Positions 27,591 through 38,481 are shown, counted from the first letter of the stretch. The stretch is 64,000 bases of DNA from Burkholderiaceae bacterium (GCA_004322085.1 SCRR01000397.1:1344-65343); one strand, 5' to 3'. Made by a program: numbers and translations. Notes: a model not told the origin generated them from the letters alone.

Positions 27591-30500
27591 GAATACGAAA
27601 TCTCCACAGCCTCCGGCTCGACCCAGTCGCCCAACTGCCTGAGCATCGTATCGGCCATGCGCACACGCCACTCTTCACCGAGACGCATCGTACATAAAAA
27701 GCCCCCGCGCTTGAGTCGAATCTCGACAGGCACACCCGGTACACCGTTTTCAGGTTCGGCACGAAAAGGAACAAGCAACTGACGCAACCGCGAGGCGTCG
27801 TCGCGACCATCCAGCGTGATGCGCAAGGCTCTGGCCCGCGCCTCGCGCACGAGTTGAAGATCGAATACCTCGTCGGCCGACACCCTCAGGCCGCCGGAAT
27901 AGTCGTCGTTGCTGACCTTGCCGTGAATGATGATGAGCCGGTCTTCCTTGAGCCGGTTGCGATGCCGCTCGTACAGCTCGTTGAAAATGGCGACTTCCAC
28001 CTGCGCCGAGCCGTCGTCAAGCAAGGCATAAAGCATCCGGCCCCGGCGCGTCATTTTTACGCGCACCGACGAAAGCACGCCAGCAAACCACTGCAGACCA
28101 CGCGCTGGCTCCAGGCGGGCCAACGGTTTTGGCGCGAAACGGCGTACTTCGTCACGCCACGCGTCAAATAAATGACCACTGAAGAAAAAGCCCAGGGCTG
28201 CCTTTTCCTGCGTCAGCCGCATCTGCAAATCCCAGGGTGCCACGTTGTCCAGAGCTGCCTCGACAATGTCGCCACTGTCGTCGGCAAACAGGGAAGCCTG
28301 ATTGGCACTGCGCTCGGCCTGTTCCGCCGCCTCGACCGCTGTGCCGATGCTGGACAACATCGCCGCACGATTCGGGTCAATGGCGTCGAAGGCGCCAGCA
28401 CGGATCAGAGCCTCAATGGTGCGCCGATTGACGGTGCGCCGGTCAACGCGACGGCAGAAGTCGAACAGGCTTCGAAACGGGCCGCCCTGTTCACGCACAC
28501 GAACGATATCCTCGACAGCGCCCTGGCCTGTGCCCTTGACAGCGCCCAATCCATATCGCATCGTGCGCGGCGGCTCGCCCCTGGCCACGAACTCGTCGTT
28601 GACCGGCTCGAACCGGTAGTTCGATTTGTTGACATCGGGGGGCAGAACCGATACGCCGTTGGCTACGGCATCCTTCCAGAACGTCTGGACCTTGTCCGTA
28701 TCATCCATGTCGCAAGACATAGTGCCCGCCAGAAATTCGGCAGGATGGTATACCTTGAGCCAGGCCGTCTGATAAGCAATAAGCGCGTAGGCCGCCGAAT
28801 GGCTTTTATTGAAGCCATAGCCAGCGAACTTCTCCATCAAATCAAAAAGCTTTACTGCGAGAGCACTGTCGTAACCCTTCTTGAGTGCGCCCTTTTCAAA
28901 GATGGCCCGGTGCTTGGCCATCTCTTCCGCCTTTTTCTTGCCCATGGCCCGGCGCAGCATATCGGCGCCGCCCAGTGTGTATCCCCCTATGATCTGGGAG
29001 ATCAGCATGACCTGTTCCTGATACACAATGACGCCATAGGTGCTTTTCAGCACGGGCTCCAGGTCAGGGTGAAAGTAGTCGACCTCGGCGTGCCCATGCT
29101 TGCGATTGACAAAATCCAGCACCATGCCCGATTCAAGCGGACCCGGCCGGTACAGTGCGAGCACGGCAATAAGGTCTTCAAACGAATTGGGGCGAAGGTT
29201 CTTGAGAAGCTCTTTCATGCCGCGCGATTCGAGCTGAAACACGGCTGTGGTGTTTCCCTCGCAAAGCAGCTCGTAAGTACGTGCGTCATCCAGCGGCAAG
29301 GCCATGATGTCGAAATCGCGCTTGCTTTCGTTGAACCGGCGCACATAACGCACGGCCCAGTCAAGAATGGTCAGGTTGCGCAGCCCAAGAAAGTCGAACT
29401 TGACCAGACCCACCGCCTCGACATCGTCCTTGTCGTATTGCGAGACCGCATTGCTGTCCACGCCCGGCTGACAATACAGTGGGCAAAAATCAGTCAGCTT
29501 GCCCGGGGCGATGACCACGCCCCCGGCGTGCATGCCCACGTTTCGAGTCAGGCCCTCAAGCGGACGCGCAAGGTCGACAAGTGCCCGCACCTCTTCATCC
29601 TGATCGTAGCGTTCCTTGAACGCGGGCTCTTCGGCCAGAGTCTGTTCAAGGCTCCAGGGATGGACGGGATTGAACGGAATGAGCTTGGACAGGCCATCGC
29701 ACAGGGAATACGGCATTTCCAGCACCCGGCCGACATCACGTATGACCGCTTTCGCGCCAAGCGTACCAAACGTTGCGATCTGACTGACCGCATCGCGTCC
29801 GTATTTCTGCTTCACGTAATCAATGACGCGTTCACGATTGTCCTGGCAGAAGTCGACGTCGAAGTCGGGCATTGAAACCCGTTCCGGGTTAAGAAACCGC
29901 TCGAACAGCAAGTCGTATCGAATGGGATCCAGGTCGGTGATGCCCAATGAGAATGCCACCAGGGACCCGGCACCCGAGCCCCTACCCGGACCGACAGGCA
30001 CGCCATTGTTCTTACCCCAATTGATAAAGTCGGCAACGATGAGAAAGTAGCCCGGAAAACCCATGCCGATAATCGTCCCGCATTCGCGCTTCAGACGTTC
30101 ACGGTATTCCGGGTACTTGAGCTTTCGCACGTTTTCATCGGGAAAAAGCTGAACCATGCGCCGATCCAGCCCCTGCTCGGACAACTGCACCAGATAATCG
30201 TCAAGGGTTATGCCTTCAGGCGAAGGAAAATTGGGCAGGCAAGGCGTACCCAGCTGCAGGGTCAGATTGCACCGTTTTGCGATTTCAACGGTATTGGCCA
30301 ACGCCGCGGGCACATCGGCAAAGCGTTGTGCCATTTCCCGCGACGTCAGCAGATACTGATCTTTGGTAAAGCGCCTGGACCGCTTGGGGTTGGCCAATTG
30401 CTCGCCCTGGGCGATGCAGACACGCACTTCATGTGCGCGGAAGTCACTAGCCTGCAAAAATTGCACCGGGTGCGTGGCCACCACCGGAAGGTCAAGTTCC

Positions 30501-31078
30501 GCAGCAAGCCGCAGCGCAGCCTGAACGTAACCCTCGTCGCCTTCGGCACCCGAACGCTGCAACTCGATGTAGTAGGCACCCGGAAAGATTCGCGCCCACT
30601 TGCGCGCCATTACTCTGGCCTCGTCGAGCCGTCCGGCTTCGAGCGCCTGACCAACGTCGCCCGTGCGCGCGCCCGAAAGGGCGACCAGCCCTTCCTTGCC
30701 CGCGAGCCACTCCTGCCGCACCTGCGCCCGACCCATGGACTGATTATCCAGCCACGACCGCGTAAGGAGGTCACACAAATTTATATAACCCTGGTGGGTA
30801 CTAACTAAAAGCAGCAGGCGATGCGGCTTTTCGGGCTCCGCATCATTCTGAACCCACACATCGCAGCCCGCAACAGGCTTGACACCCGCCTTGCGTGCCG
30901 CCTTGTATAACTTGATCAGGCCAAAGACATTGGACAGATCGGTCAGCGCCACCGCGGGCTGCCCGTACTCGGCCACCTTTTCCACAAGTTCAGGAATGCG
31001 TACGGTGCCGTCAGCCACCGAAAATTCGGAATGGACGCGCAAGTGCACGAACGGCAAAGGGGTATTCATGTCAGTCAT
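27587..31078 (-). CDS. dnaE: DNA polymerase III alpha subunit
   Basis: About 1163 aa. PHP-domain start FVHLRVHSEFS, then polymerase core and OB fold. An alternative start at 31120 lies 1 nt after the hrpA stop. Confidence 0.95.
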   Translation of the reverse strand: MTDMNTPLPFVHLRVHSEFSVADGTVRIPELVEKVAEYGQPAVALTDLSNVFGLIKLYKAARKAGVKPVAGCDVWVQNDAEPEKPHRLLLLVSTHQGYINLCDLLTRSWLDNQSMGRAQVRQEWLAGKEGLVALSGARTGDVGQALEAGRLDEARVMARKWARIFPGAYYIELQRSGAEGDEGYVQAALRLAAELDLPVVATHPVQFLQASDFRAHEVRVCIAQGEQLANPKRSRRFTKDQYLLTSREMAQRFADVPAALANTVEIAKRCNLTLQLGTPCLPNFPSPEGITLDDYLVQLSEQGLDRRMVQLFPDENVRKLKYPEYRERLKRECGTIIGMGFPGYFLIVADFINWGKNNGVPVGPGRGSGAGSLVAFSLGITDLDPIRYDLLFERFLNPERVSMPDFDVDFCQDNRERVIDYVKQKYGRDAVSQIATFGTLGAKAVIRDVGRVLEMPYSLCDGLSKLIPFNPVHPWSLEQTLAEEPAFKERYDQDEEVRALVDLARPLEGLTRNVGMHAGGVVIAPGKLTDFCPLYCQPGVDSNAVSQYDKDDVEAVGLVKFDFLGLRNLTILDWAVRYVRRFNESKRDFDIMALPLDDARTYELLCEGNTTAVFQLESRGMKELLKNLRPNSFEDLIAVLALYRPGPLESGMVLDFVNRKHGHAEVDYFHPDLEPVLKSTYGVIVYQEQVMLISQIIGGYTLGGADMLRRAMGKKKAEEMAKHRAIFEKGALKKGYDSALAVKLFDLMEKFAGYGFNKSHSAAYALIAYQTAWLKVYHPAEFLAGTMSCDMDDTDKVQTFWKDAVANGVSVLPPDVNKSNYRFEPVNDEFVARGEPPRTMRYGLGAVKGTGQGAVEDIVRVREQGGPFRSLFDFCRRVDRRTVNRRTIEALIRAGAFDAIDPNRAAMLSSIGTAVEAAEQAERSANQASLFADDSGDIVEAALDNVAPWDLQMRLTQEKAALGFFFSGHLFDAWRDEVRRFAPKPLARLEPARGLQWFAGVLSSVRVKMTRRGRMLYALLDDGSAQVEVAIFNELYERHRNRLKEDRLIIIHGKVSNDDYSGGLRVSADEVFDLQLVREARARALRITLDGRDDASRLRQLLVPFRAEPENGVPGVPVEIRLKRGGFLCTMRLGEEWRVRMADTMLRQLGDWVEPEAVEISYS

Positions 31079-31121
31079 GAAGGGGATTGTACTCAAGGTA
31101 CCAGGAACGACACGCAGCATT

Positions 31122-34100
31122 TCAACGCTGCAGCGCCTGCCAGGCTTTCTGCAGACGCTTCACCGAAACGGGCATGGGTGTGCGCAGCTCCTGGGCGAAC
31201 AACGCAACCCGCAATTCTTCAAGCAACCAGCGGAACTCATCAAGGCGTGCATCGGGGGCACCCTTGAGCGCGGCGCGCGCGCGCTGGTACTGTACCAGCA
31301 GTGGAGCCATATCGGCCATCTGACGCACATCGCGCGCCGGATCAGCCCTCAGTTTGTCAATACGCGCCTGCGCGGCCTTCAGGTAGCGTGGATACTGAGC
31401 CAGCTGCCGGTAAGGCGTCTCGCGCACAAACCATTTGCCCATTAACGCCTCCAGCTGCTTTTGCACATCGGCATAGCACGCCTGATGCGCCTTGGCCTGA
31501 GGCAGCTTTTTCTGCAATGCCGACCACTCTGCAAGCACCAGTCCAACAAGACGCGCAACCTCCTGGGCCAGCAAACCAAGGCGCGCCTTGCCCTGAATGC
31601 GGCGCTCCTCGAAACTCTCCTGATCGACCGGCCACGGTTCGCCCAGACAGGCCTGATCGAGCGCACAATCAATAATCTGGTCACGCAACTCTTCCTGCGT
31701 CCCCAGGTTCAGGTACAACATGCTCATGCGAGTCAGGCCCTCGAGGTTTCTTTCCAGAAACCGGACCTGTTCTTTCAACCCAAGCTTGAACAGGCGCAGC
31801 AAGCCTGCACGATGCTGCAGGCGCGCCTCGGCCGGATCATCAAAGACGTCCAGATCGCAATGCGTCCCGCGGTCGGTCAACGCCGGGTAACCTACAACCG
31901 ACTGCCCTTTGCGCCGGATTTCCATAAGTTCGGGCAACGGGCCAAACGTCCATGCCACCAATTGCTCGTGCGCCAGCACCTGCGCTACATTTTCATCGCG
32001 CACTGCCAGCTTCTGAAAGGACGCCTGGGCCTGACGTCCATGCTCAGCCTTGAGCTGATCCAGGTTGCGTCCGCCGGAAAGCATGCGGCCGTGTTCATCG
32101 ACGACTTTGAAATTCATGAATAGATGAGCGGGCAGCGTTTCAAGCTTGAAATCGCTGTGTGTGGGCCGCACTTTGACCTGTTCCGCCATATCGGCGGCGA
32201 TGGCGTCCAGCAGGCCCTGCCCCGGATCGGCCGCGCGGTCAAACCAGCGTTCATAAAATCCTGCCGCGTAATCGGGCAAGGGTACGCAATGGCGTCGCAT
32301 CTTCTGGGGTAGCGATTTGAGCAGCAAATGGACCTTTTCCTTGAGCATGCCTGGCACCAGCCACTCGCAGCGCGCCGCGTCTATGGTGTTCAAGGCGAAC
32401 AGGGGCACGCTCAATGTCACACCGTCGCGCACGGAACCTGGCTCGAAATAATAGTCAAGTTCCATCTCCACGCCCTGCCAGCGTACCTTGCGGGGGAACA
32501 CGTCCGTTGTCACCCCAGCCGCCTCATGCCGCATCAAATCCTCACGCGTAAGCAGCAATGCGCGTGCCTGCTGCTCGTTCAGGCTCTTCGCCCATTTTTC
32601 CAGCGTGATCGTCTGGCAGATTTCTGCGGGAATCTGCCGATCATAAAACGCGTAAATAAGGGTGTCGTCCACCAGAATATCCGGGCGGCGTGTCTGATGC
32701 TCCAACTTTTCGATCTTGGTGATCAACCGGCGATTATGGTTGACGAATGGCAGCGGCGTGTCGATATCGCCAGGGACCAAAGCCTGGCGGATGAACAGCT
32801 CTCGGGCCTGAACCGGATCGACCTTGCCAAAGTGAACCCGGCGCCCGGAATAGACCGGCAGCCCGTACAGCGTGGCGCGCTCATTGGCGACGACCTGGCC
32901 CGCCTTCTTTTCCCAGCGCGGATCGGACCAGCTGCGACGTATCAGGTGCGCACCAGCCCTTTCCAGCCAGGCCGGGTCAATACGGGCCACGCAGCGCGCA
33001 TACAGACGCGTCGTTTCCACCAGCTCGGCGGCGACTATCCAGCGACCGGCCTTTTTGGCCAGTCGCGAACCGGGATGAATCTGGAAACGAATATCGCGCG
33101 CGCCCTGATAGCCCGACCCTTCGTCGCTTTTGAGTCCAATATTCCCGAGAAGGCCGGACAGCAACGCCATATGGGTCTGCTCATAGGTGGCGTCAAGCGT
33201 GTTCACGCGCCATCCCTGCTCTCCCACCAGCGCAGCCAGCTGACTGTGCACGTCGCGCCACTCGCGCAGCCGCAAAGGCGAGAGAAAGTTCTGGCGCAGC
33301 AGCGCCACCAGCTTGCGCTGCGATGCCTTGTGTGCCACCTCCCGTTCGTACCAGCGCCACAATTTCAGCCAGGAAAGGAATTCGGACCTGTCATCATCAA
33401 ATTTGGCGTGTGCCGCCTCGAAGGCGTCACGCTCGCTCAGCGGACGGTCACGCGGGTCCTGCACCGACAGGGCCGAAGCAATCACCAGTATTTCGGACAG
33501 GCACTGCTGATCACGCGCCTCCAGCACCATCCGCGCAAGACGCGGGTCCACTGGCAGCCTGGCCAGCGCCCGACCGACGTCCGTCAACCGATTCTCGTCA
33601 TCCAGTGCCCCAAGCTCCTGCAACAAATGATAGCCATCGGCAATAGCTCTGCCGGTGGGCGCGTCAACGAACGGAAAATCTTCGATGTTGCCCAGCTTGA
33701 GCGCCTGCATGCGCAAAATGACCGAGGCCAGCGATGACCGAAGGATTTCGGGGTCGGTAAACGCGGCGCGCTGTGTGTAATCATCCTCGGCGTAAAGACG
33801 TATGCATACACCTGGGCCTATTCGCCCGCAGCGCCCGGCACGCTGGTTGGCGGACGCGCGACTGATGGGTTCTATGTGCAGTTGCTCGACCTTGTTGCGC
33901 CAGGAATAGCGTTTCACGCGCGCCAGGCCGCTGTCGACCACGTAACGTATGCCAGGCACGGTCAGCGAGGTTTCCGCAACGTTGGTGGCCAGCACCACAC
34001 GACGTGCGTTGCCCTGGGGCCGAAATATGCGCTCCTGCTCGCTTTGCGACAGCCGTGCAAACAGCGGCAGGATTTCGACGCTGGACGGGTGGTTTTTCCT

Positions 34101-34994
34101 CAATGCCTCTGCGGCGTCGCGAATTTCGCGCTCCCCCGGCAAAAACACCAGGACATCGCCCGGGCCATGGCGGGCACACTCGGCCACGCCATCGACAATG
34201 GCATCCATCAGATCGCGCTCTTCGTCCGCGGTGGCCCTGCGGCTGCCCGCTTCCAAATCTCCCGTACGCGTTTCCTGCAAAATGGGGCGATAGCGCACCT
34301 CAACCGGATACAGGCGCCCCGAAACCTCGACGACGGGCGCAGGCACGCCTTCGCGCCCGAAATGCGCCGCGAAGCGGTCGGCATCGATGGTTGCGGACGT
34401 GATGATGACCTTCAGATCGCGCCGCCTGGGCAGCAACTGCTTGAGAAATCCCAGCAGAAAGTCGATATTCAGGCTGCGTTCGTGAGCCTCGTCAATAATT
34501 ATGGTGTCATAACGGCGCAACAGCGGGTCGCGCTGGGATTCGGCCAGCAGAATGCCGTCCGTCATGAGCTTGATCGCAGCGCGCGGCCCTGTCCTGTCGT
34601 TGAAGCGAATCTGATATCCCACCCAATCGCCCAGCTCGGTCTTGAGCTCCTCGGCGATACGCCTTGCTACCGAAGTCGCCGCCAGACGGCGCGGCTGAGT
34701 GTGGCCGATCATTTTCTTCAACCCACGACCCATTTCCAGGCAAATCTTGGGCAACTGAGTAGTCTTGCCAGATCCTGTCTCACCGCAGACAATGACGACT
34801 TGGTGCGTGCGAATAGCCGCAGCAATGTCATCGCGCCGAGCGCTTACGGGCAGGTCTTCGGGATACGTAATGACAGGTGGCACCCGCGCCGTATTTTCGA
34901 CGCCGGACGCCTCGGTGAACGCCCCAGTGTGTATGTTTCCCGACAAATCGGCGGCCTCTTGCATGAATTCTTCAATAAATGGGTAGCCGGTCAT
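31122..34994 (-). CDS. hrpA: ATP-dependent RNA helicase HrpA (DEAH box)
   Basis: 1290 aa. GETGSGKTT Walker A, IIIDEAHERS DEAH box, HA2/OB and a long C-terminal domain. Confidence 0.93.
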   Translation of the reverse strand: MTGYPFIEEFMQEAADLSGNIHTGAFTEASGVENTARVPPVITYPEDLPVSARRDDIAAAIRTHQVVIVCGETGSGKTTQLPKICLEMGRGLKKMIGHTQPRRLAATSVARRIAEELKTELGDWVGYQIRFNDRTGPRAAIKLMTDGILLAESQRDPLLRRYDTIIIDEAHERSLNIDFLLGFLKQLLPRRRDLKVIITSATIDADRFAAHFGREGVPAPVVEVSGRLYPVEVRYRPILQETRTGDLEAGSRRATADEERDLMDAIVDGVAECARHGPGDVLVFLPGEREIRDAAEALRKNHPSSVEILPLFARLSQSEQERIFRPQGNARRVVLATNVAETSLTVPGIRYVVDSGLARVKRYSWRNKVEQLHIEPISRASANQRAGRCGRIGPGVCIRLYAEDDYTQRAAFTDPEILRSSLASVILRMQALKLGNIEDFPFVDAPTGRAIADGYHLLQELGALDDENRLTDVGRALARLPVDPRLARMVLEARDQQCLSEILVIASALSVQDPRDRPLSERDAFEAAHAKFDDDRSEFLSWLKLWRWYEREVAHKASQRKLVALLRQNFLSPLRLREWRDVHSQLAALVGEQGWRVNTLDATYEQTHMALLSGLLGNIGLKSDEGSGYQGARDIRFQIHPGSRLAKKAGRWIVAAELVETTRLYARCVARIDPAWLERAGAHLIRRSWSDPRWEKKAGQVVANERATLYGLPVYSGRRVHFGKVDPVQARELFIRQALVPGDIDTPLPFVNHNRRLITKIEKLEHQTRRPDILVDDTLIYAFYDRQIPAEICQTITLEKWAKSLNEQQARALLLTREDLMRHEAAGVTTDVFPRKVRWQGVEMELDYYFEPGSVRDGVTLSVPLFALNTIDAARCEWLVPGMLKEKVHLLLKSLPQKMRRHCVPLPDYAAGFYERWFDRAADPGQGLLDAIAADMAEQVKVRPTHSDFKLETLPAHLFMNFKVVDEHGRMLSGGRNLDQLKAEHGRQAQASFQKLAVRDENVAQVLAHEQLVAWTFGPLPELMEIRRKGQSVVGYPALTDRGTHCDLDVFDDPAEARLQHRAGLLRLFKLGLKEQVRFLERNLEGLTRMSMLYLNLGTQEELRDQIIDCALDQACLGEPWPVDQESFEERRIQGKARLGLLAQEVARLVGLVLAEWSALQKKLPQAKAHQACYADVQKQLEALMGKWFVRETPYRQLAQYPRYLKAAQARIDKLRADPARDVRQMADMAPLLVQYQRARAALKGAPDARLDEFRWLLEELRVALFAQELRTPMPVSVKRLQKAWQALQR

Positions 34995-35040
34995 TATAAT
35001 TTTGAACTGACATCACTATTATGGATCGTTCAACACTGCC

Positions 35041-36396
35041 ATGGCCACCAATGAAGTCGACACGTTATCCGCCCAGGACGCTCCGGAGTTCGCACCGGCC
35101 CAGTTCGTGCGCTGGTTCCGAGACGTCGCGCCGTATGTACACGATTTCCGGGGCAAGACATTCGTCGTTGCGTTCGGCGGAGAACTCGTCTACGACGGTG
35201 TGCTGAACACCATTATCGAAGATCTGTCCCTGCTGTCGGCCCTGGGCATCAAGCTGGTGCTGGTTCATGGCTCGCGTCCCCAGGTCAACGAACAACTCAA
35301 GCTCAAGGGCTATACCACGCAATTCGGGCGGGGCACCGAGCCCACGAGCGCTGAAGCGCTGGAATGTGCCAAAGAGGCTGCCGGTGAAATCAGGCTCGAC
35401 ATCGAAGCGTCATTCAGCCAGGGGCTACCCAATACGCCCATGTCGCACGCACACATCCGGGTTATTTCCGGCAATTTTGTAACAGCGCGCCCGGTGGGCA
35501 TTATCGATGGCATCGACTACCAGCATACAGGCGCGGTGCGCAAGCTGGACATCAATGCACTGAATGCCGTCTTGAACCAGGGCGCAATCGTGCTGCTTTC
35601 ACCATTGGGCTTTTCCCCCACCGGAGAGGCGTTCAACCTGGCCATGGAAGATCTGGCGACCAGTGCGGCGGTCACACTGCGTGCCGAAAAATTGATCTTC
35701 CTGACACAGGATCGCACGGTGCGTGACGAAAACGGTGGAGTCGATACCGAGCTTGCACGCGAAGATGCCGATGCCCTGCTGGCTGGCAACACACTGGACG
35801 AAGATACCGCCGCATTCCTGAGTCACGCATCGCGCGCGGTCAAACGTGGCGTCGCCCGTGCCCACCTTGTTCCTTACACGCTCGACGGCAGCGTCCTGCT
35901 TGAAATCTTCACCCACGATGGGGTCGGTACCATGGTTGTCGAAGACACCCTGGACGATCTGCGCCGGGCCACTGTCGACGACGTCGGCGCCATCGTGCAA
36001 CTGATTGAGCCCCTGGAAGCCGACGGAACCCTGGTGCCGCGCGGACGAGCGGTCATCGAGCGCGACGTGGAGCAATTCACGGTGCTGGAACACGACGGCG
36101 TGATATATGGCTGCGTTGCACTCAATCCCTACGTCGACGAGGGCATGGCAGAAATGGCGTGCCTGATCGTACACCCCGAATGGCAGGGTGCGGGCGAAGG
36201 CGAAATACTGCTGCGTCATATCGAATCACGCGCCCGGGCCATCGGCGCGAGGCGGCTGTTCGTGCTGACGACGCGCACGTCCCACTGGTTCATAAAGCGC
36301 GGCTTTGTCCAGGGTGGAGTTTCCGACCTGCCCAAAACGCGCCAGGCGCACTACAACCGATCGCGCAACAGCCTGGTGTTCATCAAACGGCTCTAG
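35041..36396 (+). CDS. argA: Amino-acid N-acetyltransferase (N-acetylglutamate synthase)
   Basis: 451 aa. N-terminal amino-acid-kinase fold (KTFVVAFGGE) plus a C-terminal GNAT domain. Confidence 0.9.
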   Translation: MATNEVDTLSAQDAPEFAPAQFVRWFRDVAPYVHDFRGKTFVVAFGGELVYDGVLNTIIEDLSLLSALGIKLVLVHGSRPQVNEQLKLKGYTTQFGRGTEPTSAEALECAKEAAGEIRLDIEASFSQGLPNTPMSHAHIRVISGNFVTARPVGIIDGIDYQHTGAVRKLDINALNAVLNQGAIVLLSPLGFSPTGEAFNLAMEDLATSAAVTLRAEKLIFLTQDRTVRDENGGVDTELAREDADALLAGNTLDEDTAAFLSHASRAVKRGVARAHLVPYTLDGSVLLEIFTHDGVGTMVVEDTLDDLRRATVDDVGAIVQLIEPLEADGTLVPRGRAVIERDVEQFTVLEHDGVIYGCVALNPYVDEGMAEMACLIVHPEWQGAGEGEILLRHIESRARAIGARRLFVLTTRTSHWFIKRGFVQGGVSDLPKTRQAHYNRSRNSLVFIKRL

Positions 36397-36495
36397 CACC
36401 CTGCACTGCCTGGGCCCGGTGGGTTGCCCGGCGGCACCAAGTACAATGTGGCCAGTCATCAACCTGTCATCCGATCACTGCAAGGTCACGCTTTC

Positions 36496-36768
36496 ATGAC
36501 GCATATGGTCAACTGTGCAAAACTCAAGTGCGAAGCCGAAGGGCTGGAGTTCCCGCCCTATCCGGGCGAACTGGGCGTCCGAATCTGGAAAAACATTTCC
36601 AAGGAAGCCTGGGCGCAATGGATGGACATCCAGACCCGCCTGATCAACGAAAACCGTCTGAACCTGGCAGACGCGCGCGTTCGCAAGTATCTGGCGCGGC
36701 AAATGGAAAACTTCCTGTTTCAGGACATGGACGTCGAGGCGCAAGGCTACGCGCCGCCCTCGGAATAG
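36496..36768 (+). CDS. yggX: Fe(2+)-trafficking protein YggX
   Basis: About 90 aa from [27 protein letters not shown]. The track ORF start at 36424 is over-extended. Confidence 0.85.
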   Translation: MTHMVNCAKLKCEAEGLEFPPYPGELGVRIWKNISKEAWAQWMDIQTRLINENRLNLADARVRKYLARQMENFLFQDMDVEAQGYAPPSE

Positions 36769-36867
36769 CCGGGCACCCTCGTCAAAAGCTCATGATCTGG
36801 TTGGCGCGCTATCGAATACGCGGCACCGCGGGAGATGCCTAAACAGCATTGCTGCCACGGACCACCA

Positions 36868-37599
36868 TCAGACGTCGTTCTCTTCCTCGTAGGGCTCGGG
36901 GTCACCACGCGCTGTGCGCTCTGTGGCCTTGACCCCTGTATGACGTACGTCGGCGCCGCGAACCATGTAAATGACGCGTTCGGCCATGTTCTTGGCATGG
37001 TCGCCTATGCGTTCGAGTGAACGGGCAATAAAGATGAGGTCGATGGCGCGCGTGATGATGCGCGGATCTTCAATCATATAGGTAATGATGTGGCGCAGTG
37101 ACGCCTTCCATTCCTTGTCCACTTCTTTATCGTTGCGTACGACCTGGGCCGCCAGCAGCGGATCTTCACGTGCGAAAGAGTCCAGCGAGTCATGTATCAT
37201 TCCGACGACATAATTGGACATGTGACGCAGTTCGACAATGGGCGTATAGCGCCCCTCACTTTCGTGCAGCCTGCGCGCTACCTTGGCGATTTTCTCGGCT
37301 TCATCACCGCAGCGCTCCATATCGGTAAGCATTTTCGAAACCGACAGCAAAAGGCGCAAATCGACGGCGGTGGGCTGATTGCGCGCAATCAGATAACCAA
37401 TGCGCTCGTCGATTTCGACTTCGAAACGATTGACCTCTTTTTCACGCTCACGGACCTGCTCGACCAATGACAGATTACCGTCTATCAGCGCCTCCATGCC
37501 GTCCCGAACCATGGATTCGACCAGCCCGCCCATTTGCAGGAACAAAGAGCGCGTAGTTTCAAGATCGGTGGAAAACTGTTTGTTGGTGTGCTCGGACAT
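36868..37599 (-). CDS. phoU: Phosphate signalling complex protein PhoU
   Basis: 243 aa with two PhoU repeats, each bearing conserved acidic E/DxxxD-type metal sites. Confidence 0.88.
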   Translation of the reverse strand: MSEHTNKQFSTDLETTRSLFLQMGGLVESMVRDGMEALIDGNLSLVEQVREREKEVNRFEVEIDERIGYLIARNQPTAVDLRLLLSVSKMLTDMERCGDEAEKIAKVARRLHESEGRYTPIVELRHMSNYVVGMIHDSLDSFAREDPLLAAQVVRNDKEVDKEWKASLRHIITYMIEDPRIITRAIDLIFIARSLERIGDHAKNMAERVIYMVRGADVRHTGVKATERTARGDPEPYEEENDV

Positions 37600-37796
37600 A
37601 TCCGCCTTCGGTCATCGCAAGTATGAATAAAATGGCACCGCGCGGGCCACTATGAAAATGATAGATCGAATCAATCAAAGCGTACACCGAAATCGGGCCC
37701 CCGATTCGATGACAACATGCAGTTTTTACCGTCGGCACAAGGTCAGCGGTAAACAAATAGGCATACAGTACACTCTAACGCCAGCACATGACGTGA

Positions 37797-38480
37797 TTAT
37801 GACGACGCGCGGCGCAACTGCTTGACACCATCCTGCGTGGACATCAATGCGATATCTGCACCCGAAATGGCAAACAGGCCGCAAGTTACCACGCCCGGCA
37901 TATTGTTGACACGGCTTTCAAATTGCACGGGATCAGCAATGGCCAGACCCGCCACATCCAGAACCGGGCATCCATTGTCCGTAATAAAACCTTCGCGCAA
38001 CACCGGCCTTGCACCCAGGCGGATGAACTCGCGGGCAACAGCATTGACAGCCATTGGAATGACTTCCACTGGCAGCGGAAACCGGCCCAATTGCTTCACG
38101 AGCTTGGACTCGTCGACAATACAGACAAACTGCTCCGCCACGGAAGCCACGATTTTTTCTCGTGTAAGCGCGCCGCCCCCGCCTTTGACCATGTGCAGGC
38201 CCGCGTCGATCTCATCAGCCCCATCAACATATACCGGCATGCTCTGAACGTCATTCAAATCGAACACGTGGATACCCAATGCGGTAAGGCGCGCTGAACT
38301 TCGGTCAGAACTGGACACGGCACCCCGGAAGCGTCCTTTGTGGGCCGCCAGGGCATCGATGAAAAAATTGGCTGTAGACCCAGTTCCCACCCCGATAATG
38401 GCATTCGGCTGCAACAACGGCAGCACATATTCGACAGCCGCACGGGCCACTTCCTGCTTCAGCTGCTGTTGACTCAGCAC
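37797..38480 (-). CDS. rpiA: Ribose-5-phosphate isomerase A
   Basis: 227 aa. GVGTGST and [11 protein letters not shown] motifs. Confidence 0.92.
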   Translation of the reverse strand: MLSQQQLKQEVARAAVEYVLPLLQPNAIIGVGTGSTANFFIDALAAHKGRFRGAVSSSDRSSARLTALGIHVFDLNDVQSMPVYVDGADEIDAGLHMVKGGGGALTREKIVASVAEQFVCIVDESKLVKQLGRFPLPVEVIPMAVNAVAREFIRLGARPVLREGFITDNGCPVLDVAGLAIADPVQFESRVNNMPGVVTCGLFAISGADIALMSTQDGVKQLRRASS

Positions 38481-38481
38481 A

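Noticed and set aside
28172-29875. 567-aa ORF on the plus strand
   Set aside because: It is fully antisense to dnaE. The composition is Arg/Ala/Gly/His-rich with no motifs, as expected for a shadow ORF in GC-rich DNA. The opposite strand encodes a full-length, motif-complete DnaE.
32328-35054. Two long plus-strand ORFs (469 aa and 392 aa)
   Set aside because: Both are antisense to hrpA, low-complexity and motif-free. They are GC-rich shadow ORFs.
37600-37796. Pho box upstream of phoU and a tRNA-like TCGAATC segment
   Set aside because: Two TTCATA-like hexamers are 29 nt apart, not the 11-nt phasing of Pho boxes. The TCGAATC segments lack flanking complementary T-arm stems, so there is no tRNA. 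The hairpin AATCGGG-CC-CCCGATT (~37691-37706) may be a weak rpiA terminator but has only a short TTTC tail.
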